In this document: one piece after another, positions 22,208-30,241 of the stretch
Numbering within the stretch: the first letter of the stretch is position 1
Layout of the letters: each line of letters opens with the position of its first letter
Origin: Thermoplasmatota archaeon
Lineage (GTDB): Archaea > Thermoplasmatota > Thermoplasmata > GCA-020350865 > JAUVCJ01
NCBI GenBank assembly: GCA_030595765.1
Contig: JAUVCJ010000001.1
Span: forward strand, 1 to 33,462
Direction of reading: 5' to 3'
Length of the DNA stretch: 33,462 nt
Program-made: the position numbers and the translations under genes
Notes under the pieces: model-generated
What the model was told of the DNA's origin: nothing
The model's database searches: none
The model's input: only the letters and a program-made list of their open reading frames with translations

Positions 22208-22289
22208 AATATCATTCCTCCAGTTCAATATCTCATTCCTCCGGTTCGATATATCATTCCCCTCATTTTTGAATCATTTCTGCTCATCC
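22208..22289. repeat. About 21-bp tandem repeat x3-4 reiterating the ybjQ ribosome-binding/start region
   Basis: The units are aatatcattcctccagttc / aatatctcattcctccggttc / gatatatcattcccctcattttt / gaatcatttctgctcatcc. On the minus strand each carries GGAGGAATGA-like sequence identical to the real SD-ATG context at 22163..22176. Confidence 0.65.
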
Positions 22290-22305
22290 AATTATTTCAA
22301 GCCGT

Positions 22306-22518
22306 CTAAAACTCATATCCACATTTTGCACATCTAAAGTCGTTGCCATCAAACTTCAACTTGGAGCTTGTACACTTTGGACAATTCCCAAGCACCCGCT
22401 CGTCCATTTGCCTGAGGCGTTTAAGCTCTTTTTCAGCAAGCTGGGAGAGGTTTATCCAGCCATTCTTCTTCCACCATGACCAGATCTCATCGTTTAGGGT
22501 GATCGTCACTTTCTGCAT
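22306..22518 (-). CDS. Small ribbon-helix-helix (CopG-like) protein fused to a C-terminal zinc ribbon
   Basis: MQKVTITLNDEIWSWWKKNGWINLSQLAEKELKRL has the beta-strand plus two helices of the RHH type. It is followed by CPKCTSSKLKFDGNDFRCAKCG. The listed ORF starts at TTG 22539; ATG 22518 is preferred. Confidence 0.55.
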   Translation of the reverse strand: MQKVTITLNDEIWSWWKKNGWINLSQLAEKELKRLRQMDERVLGNCPKCTSSKLKFDGNDFRCAKCGYEF

Positions 22519-22535
22519 TTTTTTCACCTTGTCAT

Positions 22536-22709
22536 TCAAAGTAGCAGACTGGCCACAATAAATGCCACTCCGGTACCCATTACTCCAAAGGCCTTTATCC
22601 TGGCGTTTCCGGGAAAATTGATAACTTTTTCCAGGCCTGGAAAAAGGAGAGCTAGAACCCCGAAACCGATCAGAAATGAGCCAATCAAAATCAATATTGA
22701 GTAATCCAT
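22536..22709 (-). CDS. Small two-TM membrane protein (57 aa)
   Basis: The translation MDYSILILIGSFLIGFGVLALLFPG…AFGVMGTGVAFIVASLLL has two hydrophobic helices. Its stop abuts the RHH gene. The listed longer ORF uses a GTG inside a palindrome at 22748. Confidence 0.4.
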   Translation of the reverse strand: MDYSILILIGSFLIGFGVLALLFPGLEKVINFPGNARIKAFGVMGTGVAFIVASLLL

Positions 22710-22736
22710 TCTGTTACACTCCGATAGTTCGGCTAT

Positions 22737-22750
22737 ACGTGTATACACGT
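22737..22750. promoter_or_regulatory. Perfect 14-bp palindrome acgtgtatacacgt in a divergent promoter region
   Basis: Read directly. It sits between the minus-strand small-membrane/RHH pair and the plus-strand TPR gene. Confidence 0.4.
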
Positions 22751-22847
22751 GTTAATACATATAGATGTTGGTGATGCCGCCATATGTTTAGTGTTGCCCG
22801 ATTTCGTTGCCAAATTCTTTTACGGTATAAGGACAATACGCTATGTG

Positions 22848-23984
22848 ATGATTCCCATCCAGATTCAAAAGCTCATGGACGAGGCGAAGATTGCCTACTC
22901 CAGCTTCGAGTTTGCAAAGGCCTTCAATGCCTATGAAATGGCCTTGAAAGAATTGAACAAGGAAGCTGGCCAGAGGATGGACAGAAGGGTTTGGGCTCAA
23001 ATCTACAAGGGCATGATTGATTCATTGGACATGGACGGTGATTGGCTCAAAGCCCTGGAATACGCAGGCATCCTCATCACCGAGGCTAAGATGAAGAATG
23101 AGATTAAGATAGAGATAGAAACACGGCTCATGACCTGCAAGATACTCTTAAACCATGGTAGCTGGGAAGAAGCAAGAAAAAGATTCGATTCGACTCTAAA
23201 ACTAGCAGAACAAAGCGGTGCCGACATGGATATTGGCCAGTGCATCTACGGCATAGCATATATTGACTGGAGGAAAGGAGATATGCAAGGCGCCATGTTC
23301 AAAACTGAAAAGGCTCTGTCTTATATCAGGGGGCATGGACAAAAAATACTAGAAGCAAAGACTATCATCCTCAAGGCCTCCATCGAGGATGCCATGGGAA
23401 ACCCCGAAGAAGCTATTAAACTTTTTAAGGAAGCAATAGAGACCCTTACCGGCCTGGAAGAGAATGAGGAGCTGGCTAGAGCCTACAACAACCTAGGAGA
23501 GGTTTACAAAGGCATCGAAGACTACACATCTGCATCTGAGCAATATGAAGCCTGTGTCAAGGTTTCCAGAAAGGTTAAGAGCAAGCGCAGTGAACTTTAT
23601 GGACTGAGCAATGCTGCCGAGTGCTACGCCTACATAGGCCGCCCCGATGATGCTAGAAAGATGTTGACCCAAGTTGAAAAAATCTTGAAAAAGACGCATG
23701 AGAGATACATAATGGCTCAAATACACTACATACTGGGTGTTATTGCCAACGTCGAAAAAGACTACAGGAGTGCCGTCAAGGAGTACGAAATTGCCATTGA
23801 CAAGATGATAAAAATGGGTGAACCCCCCTATGATATGGGTCTTGTATTCTTCAGATATGGAGAAGCACTTAAGGCTCTAGAGGACGAAACCGAAGCCAGG
23901 CAGGCGTTCGACAGGGCGGAAAGCTATTTTAAGAAGATTGATTCAAAATTATACCTAAAAAAACTGCGAGATTTACGGGATTGA
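22848..23984 (+). CDS. Tetratricopeptide-repeat (TPR) protein
   Basis: Multiple 34-aa TPR-like units are present (…ARAYNNLGEVYKGIEDYTSASEQYEACVKV…, …YILGVIANVEKDYRSAVKEYEIAIDK…, …FFRYGEALKALEDETEARQAFDRAESYF…). ATG 22848 is preferred over the listed GTG 22749. Confidence 0.75.
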   Translation: MIPIQIQKLMDEAKIAYSSFEFAKAFNAYEMALKELNKEAGQRMDRRVWAQIYKGMIDSLDMDGDWLKALEYAGILITEAKMKNEIKIEIETRLMTCKILLNHGSWEEARKRFDSTLKLAEQSGADMDIGQCIYGIAYIDWRKGDMQGAMFKTEKALSYIRGHGQKILEAKTIILKASIEDAMGNPEEAIKLFKEAIETLTGLEENEELARAYNNLGEVYKGIEDYTSASEQYEACVKVSRKVKSKRSELYGLSNAAECYAYIGRPDDARKMLTQVEKILKKTHERYIMAQIHYILGVIANVEKDYRSAVKEYEIAIDKMIKMGEPPYDMGLVFFRYGEALKALEDETEARQAFDRAESYFKKIDSKLYLKKLRDLRD

Positions 23985-24081
23985 ATAAATACTCCAGGAA
24001 CTTCATTTTGCCCTCCCTTATTAGCGCTGCTTTACCAAAAGCCTAAAGTAAGTCCCTACGGATTGTGATTACGGTGTTCCA

Positions 24082-25950
24082 ATGAAAGCCCTCATTGTTA
24101 TTCTTTGCATTTTGGCCCTAGTAATAAACGCTTATTCTGGAGTTCTCCTGATTAACGAGACCGATATCGCAGGGTCAGGTGATGATGGAGGAGACGGAGG
24201 CGATGGCGGAGATGGAGGGGACGGTGGAGATGGCGGAGACGGAGGGGACGGTGGAGATGGAGGGGACGGCACTCCTGCCAACATTACATACGCTCAGATG
24301 CCTGAACGAAAGCTCTACGAGATATTCCAGTACGACCAAGAAATCTTTTTTGAGACATACTGGTCCAACACTACCACTGGTAACTGGACACGAATGACCA
24401 TATCCAGCGATGGCCAGATGCGCGAGAAGGTGCCAGGTATCAAGAAGGAGCGAGACGGCTTTGGCACTACCCACTCTGTCATGGAGATGAACGGCCTCTT
24501 CACTGGTGCTCTCACAGTAGTGATTGCCGGTTCCGACTCCGAAACTGCCACGATTACCGCGGCCTACGACATCAACAGGTACGATTACAAGGATCTGGAC
24601 GAGAAGAATATCATTCAGACCCTTACCTTCATCAATCTATCACTGGATGCTCCTTTGCCATCTTTTGACCTTCAGGTCCCAATTGCAATGGAAGGAAAGC
24701 TCAGAACCTTTGTGGATCCCAATACTCCGGTGGAGACTTCCATCGAGGACAGAGTCTTCGGCCAGGGTCAGAACCTGTCAGTAAGCGATACTGGAAACAT
24801 CACCCAAGGGTATTCGACCTATGGATGGGACGTGGAGGCTACAGAGGAGATGAATGGCTTCGACACTGTCCGCCTGAATGTCAGCACCACCCTCTGGGCG
24901 GATGAGAACTGGACCGGGCTTCCGTTCTACAGAAAATTCTGGATTTCCAGTGAGGTTAGCCAACCAGTAAAGTTCGAGACATACACAGGCATGCATTTCG
25001 AAGACGAAGAAGGGGAGTTCTACATAATTACCAAGCTCACAAAGACACTCCAAACTAGCGGATTCACCAAAGGGAGCCAGCCCATTCCCTGGGGATCCTG
25101 CCAGGCAACAGGAGATAGTGGAAGCCATTTCAAAACAAAGAACCCAATAGGCGACTATGAGAGCTGGGAATTCATGGGTGAAGCTGGTGAGAGTTACGGA
25201 GACAGTTCCAGCTCCTTCAGGTTCAGCCCCCAGGAAGCAATTGATTATGCCATTTCAAATACAGGCGAAGATGGAGGACTCCAGCAATTCCTGGATACCT
25301 ACAACACCCCAGACAATCCAGTATTTATCTCTGAAGCATGGTACAACGCTTCATTAGAGCATCCTAATTTCCCAAACGACGTCAGTGGAACCTATGGATG
25401 GAACCTGACCTTCTCTAAACCAAACACTGAAATAACGGATTGGAGAGAGAGACGGAACCTTCATGAAAGATACAATGTGCTGGTTCAGGAAGAATGGGAG
25501 AAATCCAACCTTCCGCTGTCTCAAGATTACACTTCCAGCACTCACATTGAAAAAGACTTAGGCACCATAAACGGAACTGGATGGCTTAAAAAATCCAGTC
25601 TTCCCACCAAGGTACTGACAATATCATCACTGGAGGACATACTAAGAGATGACCCCGAAATAGAGGCAGGACTCTATCACCCCATAACTAACAGAATAGA
25701 CTGGGGGGATGGCGAGACCCACGTTTACCTAACCCAGGATGATGGCGAGACCGAGGAGGGGGCATTTGACGTTCTTATGCAATTCACAGATTTCTCGATG
25801 CCTAGAGTGAAGTATGGATGGGCAGTGCAAAAAGGTGGCGCCTTTGCGACAGGTGATATGTTCATGGCAGCTGTGGATGCAGGCACCGGGCAGTATGTCT
25901 ATGTTGCCGAGATTTCCACCAACATACCAGTTGGAGACCTGTTCTTTTAA
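24082..25950 (+). CDS. Secreted/surface protein of unknown family with N-terminal (GDG)n acidic repeat and many N-x-S/T sequons
   Basis: The signal-peptide-like N-terminus is MKALIVILCILALVINAYSG, followed by GSGDDGGDGGDGGDGGDGGDGGDGGDGGDGGDGT. At least 10 N-x-S/T sequons occur (NET, NIT, NTT, NWT, NLS, NVS, NAS, NLT, NGT…). There is no C-terminal anchor. Confidence 0.75.
   Translation: MKALIVILCILALVINAYSGVLLINETDIAGSGDDGGDGGDGGDGGDGGDGGDGGDGGDGGDGTPANITYAQMPERKLYEIFQYDQEIFFETYWSNTTTGNWTRMTISSDGQMREKVPGIKKERDGFGTTHSVMEMNGLFTGALTVVIAGSDSETATITAAYDINRYDYKDLDEKNIIQTLTFINLSLDAPLPSFDLQVPIAMEGKLRTFVDPNTPVETSIEDRVFGQGQNLSVSDTGNITQGYSTYGWDVEATEEMNGFDTVRLNVSTTLWADENWTGLPFYRKFWISSEVSQPVKFETYTGMHFEDEEGEFYIITKLTKTLQTSGFTKGSQPIPWGSCQATGDSGSHFKTKNPIGDYESWEFMGEAGESYGDSSSSFRFSPQEAIDYAISNTGEDGGLQQFLDTYNTPDNPVFISEAWYNASLEHPNFPNDVSGTYGWNLTFSKPNTEITDWRERRNLHERYNVLVQEEWEKSNLPLSQDYTSSTHIEKDLGTINGTGWLKKSSLPTKVLTISSLEDILRDDPEIEAGLYHPITNRIDWGDGETHVYLTQDDGETEEGAFDVLMQFTDFSMPRVKYGWAVQKGGAFATGDMFMAAVDAGTGQYVYVAEISTNIPVGDLFF
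24178..24270 (+). repeat. 9-bp (GGn GAy GGn) tandem repeat encoding (GDG)n
   Basis: Read directly: ggtgatgatggaggagacggaggcgatggcggagatggaggggacggtggagatggcggagacggaggggacggtggagatggaggggacggc. Confidence 0.9.
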
Positions 25951-26202
25951 CCCTACTAGTGTCAAGACAAGCAAGTTATGTTACATAACTCAAAAAGCCA
26001 CTGTTATGTGTAATCCGTCGTCCAGTATATCCCGCAGCCTGAAGCTGACCTGTTTGTTAATGTGTATAAATTAAATTGTCACAACACTAGCGATGTTGCC
26101 CAGTGAGTGATTGGTAAAAAAGAATCTTTTACCCATTGTTCTCATTCTTAAAAATAGGAACCATTTGCCCCATGAATTTGTAATGAATTTTAAAGGTAAT
26201 TC

Positions 26203-26766
26203 TCAGAGCTTGCCTTTCACTCCGCAATGTGGGCAGGTCACTATAGCTCCAGGTACCTTCTGGCTTGCCAATATCCTGAACTCCTGGGAGCACTTCGGGC
26301 ACACCATGTTAACAGTCTGGGGCTCTGCTGGTGCCTGTGGAGCGGCCATTGGTGGGGTAGCCATCTGTGGTTGTCCTGCTTGCTGAATGGCACGATTGGC
26401 AACCGGGCCGCTGAGCATTCCCTCATGGGCGTGTCTTTCTTCAAGGATGGACTCACCCATTGCCTCACGCATGTTCTTCTCATATCTTTTGCGGGAAAGT
26501 ATGGCGTTCTCGACCAGAAGTGCAATACCGATTATCAGGAAAAATATCAACTTGAGCAGAGTAAGAAGCTCCTGGGTGGCGCTGATCGTGCCAGCCATGA
26601 AACCAGAGAGGTAATACATCCCCAAACCCAGTTGCAATCCTCCAATGGCATATACAAAACCCTTTGGCATCATGAAGGCTGCAATCAGGGCGGTGATTAT
26701 CGCAATTATCGAGATAAGCACCATAAGCAGGTCAAGTTCAGAAATATTAGCACCCAGATAAGTCAT
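26203..26766 (-). CDS. Membrane protein (3 TM) with Pro/Ala/Gln-rich linker and C-terminal zinc ribbon, third member of the architecture
   Basis: The TM helices are LLMVLISIIAIITALIAAFMM, LQLGLGMYYLSGFMAGTI and LIFFLIIGIALLV. The C-terminus VNMVCPKCSQEFRILASQKVPGAIVTCPHCGVKGKL aligns with the ribbons of 16583..17395 and 17665..18537. Confidence 0.65.
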   Translation of the reverse strand: MTYLGANISELDLLMVLISIIAIITALIAAFMMPKGFVYAIGGLQLGLGMYYLSGFMAGTISATQELLTLLKLIFFLIIGIALLVENAILSRKRYEKNMREAMGESILEERHAHEGMLSGPVANRAIQQAGQPQMATPPMAAPQAPAEPQTVNMVCPKCSQEFRILASQKVPGAIVTCPHCGVKGKL

Positions 26767-26817
26767 AAATCAGGTTGTACTTAAGGTTTAAGTAGTTTCC
26801 AGTAACTGCCAAAAGCC

Positions 26818-28224
26818 ATGGATTCAGCAGGGTTTGGCAAAAGAAAGATAATTGGGCTGATTATTGTAGCATTATTGGTCTCTACCACTTTGGTCACATT
26901 CATCAGCCAGGACATGCCCTGGGCAACCCTGGATACAAGTATCAAGACCGGCGCTGGTGATATACGGGTCAATGCCACCATTACCCAGCACACCATAAAC
27001 TATACTGGAGCCCTGGACTCCAGCGGCGGCGGTCTTGGACTTGGCTCATCTTTGGGGCTTGACAGTGGTGGGCAAAATATCTCAGCAGAGAAGGAGATGC
27101 TAGAAGGCTTTGACAACTTTACAGCACTTTTTGGAATTCTCATAGCCTCCTATAACAATAGAACATACAAGGCCCAATACTCCACCTGGGATGCTTCAGC
27201 AGATGTCGATGTCAACCTACAGACCGACAGGATACCCTGGTTCCCAGCAGGAATGGCTCAACAATTCGAGGCCAGGATAAGCTTAGGCGCTGTTGCAGGA
27301 AACTTCGACAGGATCGAGCTGGAGAAGTTAGAATTGAGATTATATCGCGACTTTGACGAAACTAGCAGTGTGCCTGATTTTACTGATTTCATAACCTTGA
27401 AAACCATTTCAATGGATGATATCCTCCGTACCCAGGATGATGTGGTGGTATTGAACCTGGAAGGTGTCAACCCAAGGGACGAGAGAAGGGTGGGATACGC
27501 AATTGCCATTCAGGCCAAGATCGTGGATAGTGGTGGCAATGAATCCAGCAGTGCCACAGTTCCCTGGTCATCGAACAGCCATCCACCATCGATCAACATG
27601 ATACCCACAAGCCAGATCGAAACCATCCAGCTTGCGCTTCTGGTGCTGGCATATCCACTGTCGTTCGTTCTCATTGCGTTCGGCCTGATTTGTGTTGTGC
27701 CTATCTTGCTTGACAGGAAGAAGAATTACCTGCTTCTGATATCATTTGCAGTGTTCGCCTGGATGATACCTCTGTTCTTCAGTATGGGTGGAAACACCTT
27801 AGTGGCCCTGCTCAAGGAGACCTTCACTACCTTCGATACAAAGAGTTTTGTCTGGCAAGAGGGATTGACCACAGGCTACATGGCGGCAGTGCTAGCTAGC
27901 GCAGCGGCAGGTCTAGGAGTGTTCCAAAGGGTTACAATGGACAAGGAGCCTGCAATGGGTAAGGATCCTACACTGGACACAGAAGAGGTCGTTGCCACCC
28001 AGGAAGAGGAAAATATAGGAGCCGAGGGTAGCGAAGAGACCGTTAATGAACCTCATTACGCAGAGGTTGAGCCTGTAGATGCTATTGTATCCGAGAACAA
28101 AGATGAGGAAGAGGTCGAGGTTGTCGAAGCCCTGTCAAAAGAGCCCACCGAGCCTGAAAAAGACAAGAGCTCCGAGGACGTAGGGCCTGAATACGTCTCG
28201 TTTTCCGAGGCTGAACAGAACTAA
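26818..28224 (+). CDS. Polytopic membrane protein of unknown family with about 250-aa ectodomain and acidic C-terminal tail
   Basis: The N-terminal anchor is KRKIIGLIIVALLVSTTLVTFIS. Three or more later TM helices are present (IQLALLVLAYPLSFVLIAFGLICVVPILL, LLLISFAVFAWMIPLFF, YMAAVLASAAAGLGVF). The tail is rich in E and D. Confidence 0.65.
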   Translation: MDSAGFGKRKIIGLIIVALLVSTTLVTFISQDMPWATLDTSIKTGAGDIRVNATITQHTINYTGALDSSGGGLGLGSSLGLDSGGQNISAEKEMLEGFDNFTALFGILIASYNNRTYKAQYSTWDASADVDVNLQTDRIPWFPAGMAQQFEARISLGAVAGNFDRIELEKLELRLYRDFDETSSVPDFTDFITLKTISMDDILRTQDDVVVLNLEGVNPRDERRVGYAIAIQAKIVDSGGNESSSATVPWSSNSHPPSINMIPTSQIETIQLALLVLAYPLSFVLIAFGLICVVPILLDRKKNYLLLISFAVFAWMIPLFFSMGGNTLVALLKETFTTFDTKSFVWQEGLTTGYMAAVLASAAAGLGVFQRVTMDKEPAMGKDPTLDTEEVVATQEEENIGAEGSEETVNEPHYAEVEPVDAIVSENKDEEEVEVVEALSKEPTEPEKDKSSEDVGPEYVSFSEAEQN

Positions 28225-28273
28225 GACTTAAGCGCAACCCTTTTTAGCTTGCATCCCCTAACTAAGGGAATCT

Positions 28274-30040
28274 ATGCCTGACCCAACCAATCCCCTGACG
28301 GTACTAACCGACAAATCAATGCTGCTTGAGACTGGACACCCTCTCTACCCTGAGGTGCGTGATGCGATCTGTGGGTTTGCAGAGCTTGTGAAAAGCCCGG
28401 ATATGGTGCATTTTTACGAGATCACGCCGCTATCGCTTTGGAACGCAGCTGCTCTTGGAGCTGACCCTGATGAGATCCTGGATGTTCTGGAGCGATTTGG
28501 CAAGTATCCAGTCCCGAGAACCGTGGCTGATGAGGTCAGCACTTCCATGGGCAGATACGGCCTGGCAAAACTGGAGAAGGATGAACTGGACAGGCTGGTA
28601 CTTCGGGTCAAGAACAAGGCGATGGCCAGGGAGCTATGGAACCACAGAGAGGTCAGGGCCTGCCTGCTGGACAGGATCGATGAGACCACCTTCACGGTCA
28701 GGCCAGATAATCGAGGACTTGTAAAACAGGCAATGGTGATCGCTGGGTACCCTGCCCAGGACCTTGCCGGTTACCTGGAAGGAGAAAGCTTCCAGCTACG
28801 CTTCAGGGAGAAGATAGGCAATGGGAACTCGTTCTCACTTCGCCCGTATCAACAAAAAGCAATTGATAAGTTCTGGCAAGACGGAAGCATCCTTGGAGGC
28901 AACGGAGTTGTAGTCCTACCCTGCGGGTCTGGAAAGACCATTGTAGGGATGGGGATAATGGAAGAAGCCGGTACCAGCACCCTTATCATTTGCCCCAACA
29001 TCGTGGCTGCTAGGCAGTGGAAGACTGAATTGATGGACAAGACCAATGTATCCGATGAAGATATCGGAGAGTACTCAGGAGAGATCAAGGAGATACGACC
29101 CATCACCATCGCCACCTACCAGATACTGATATACAGGAAAAAGGGCACGTTGGGAACCCCTCGAGGCCAGGAGGAAGAATGGGTCTATCCACACTTTGGC
29201 CTGTTCAACCTGCGCAACTGGGGCCTGATAATCTATGACGAAGTACATTTACTGCCAGCGCCGGTCTTTAAGGTCACAGCCGAGCTTCAGGCCAGAAGAA
29301 GGCTAGGTCTCACCGCCACCCTGGTAAGGGAAGATGGCAGGGAAAAACAGGTATTCAGCCTTATCGGGCCAAAAAGATTCGAGGCTCCCTGGAAAGAGCT
29401 GGAAAAACAGCAATGGATCGCAACTGCGCTGTGCCACGAGGTAAGGGTCGAGATGGACGAGGAGTACAGGATGGACTATGCTGTCACATCCAAGAGAGGA
29501 AAATACAGAATGGCCAGCGAGAACCCGAGAAAACTGGAACTAGTGAAAAACCTGCTGGAGCATCACAAGGGCGAGAAGATACTGGTTATCGGCCAGTACC
29601 TGGATCAGCTCAGGATGGTGGCAAGGGCTCTTGATGCAGAGCTGCTGACAGGCCAGACTCCTACAAAGATAAGACAAGAACTCTATGACAGGTTCCGTGA
29701 TAACGGGCCAGATGGTCTGGACCTTCTGGTGGTATCCAAGGTAGCCAACTTCGCGATTGACCTTCCAGATGCAAACGTGGCAATCCAGCTTTCAGGTGCC
29801 TTTGGCTCAAGACAGGAAGAAGCCCAGAGGCTAGGCCGAATTCTGAGGCCGAAGAAAAATAAAAAGCCAGCACACTTTTACACCCTGGTAAGCAATGACA
29901 CGGTTGACCAGGATTTCAATTCAAAGAGGCAAAGATTCCTTACAGAGCGAGGGTACGGTTATGAGATACTGGATGAGCTTGACCTGCTAGACATGATCGA
30001 GAATCCAGAAAAATACAAGCAATGCGAAAGCAAAAAATAG
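28274..30040 (+). CDS. xpb: XPB/Rad25 (ERCC3/SSL2-type) SF2 DNA repair helicase
   Basis: The helicase motifs are Q/I LRPYQQKAI…PCGSGKT, II YDEVH, III plus the XPB-specific RED motif GLTATLVREDGRE, and VI QRLGRILR. An N-terminal damage-recognition-like domain is present. Confidence 0.9.
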   Translation: MPDPTNPLTVLTDKSMLLETGHPLYPEVRDAICGFAELVKSPDMVHFYEITPLSLWNAAALGADPDEILDVLERFGKYPVPRTVADEVSTSMGRYGLAKLEKDELDRLVLRVKNKAMARELWNHREVRACLLDRIDETTFTVRPDNRGLVKQAMVIAGYPAQDLAGYLEGESFQLRFREKIGNGNSFSLRPYQQKAIDKFWQDGSILGGNGVVVLPCGSGKTIVGMGIMEEAGTSTLIICPNIVAARQWKTELMDKTNVSDEDIGEYSGEIKEIRPITIATYQILIYRKKGTLGTPRGQEEEWVYPHFGLFNLRNWGLIIYDEVHLLPAPVFKVTAELQARRRLGLTATLVREDGREKQVFSLIGPKRFEAPWKELEKQQWIATALCHEVRVEMDEEYRMDYAVTSKRGKYRMASENPRKLELVKNLLEHHKGEKILVIGQYLDQLRMVARALDAELLTGQTPTKIRQELYDRFRDNGPDGLDLLVVSKVANFAIDLPDANVAIQLSGAFGSRQEEAQRLGRILRPKKNKKPAHFYTLVSNDTVDQDFNSKRQRFLTERGYGYEILDELDLLDMIENPEKYKQCESKK

Positions 30041-30127
30041 AGCAGAGCTAGAAGCGTGCCAGTGCTAGAGTTCGGGTGCGAACTCCTCAAGTTTCTTCCT
30101 GGCCGGCTAGTGCTAGAAATCGATTAT

Positions 30128-30229
30128 TGCCAGGATTGAAGTGGTGCCAGATATGGGCTATTGGTTGAGATAAAGAATAGCCAGAATTGGATTGTTGCCA
30201 GAGTCAAGATGTTGTCATAAGTTTTAATA
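30128..30229. repeat. 17-bp periodic degenerate tandem repeat x6 (consensus TGCCAGAnnTGnnnTGT)
   Basis: The units start at 30128, 30145, 30162, 30179, 30196 and 30213: tgccaggattgaagtgg / tgccagatatgggctat / tggttgagataaagaat / agccagaattggattgt / tgccagagtcaagatgt / tgtcataagttttaata. The array ends 12 nt before ATG 30242. Confidence 0.6.
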
Positions 30230-30241
30230 ACAGTTCGGCCA

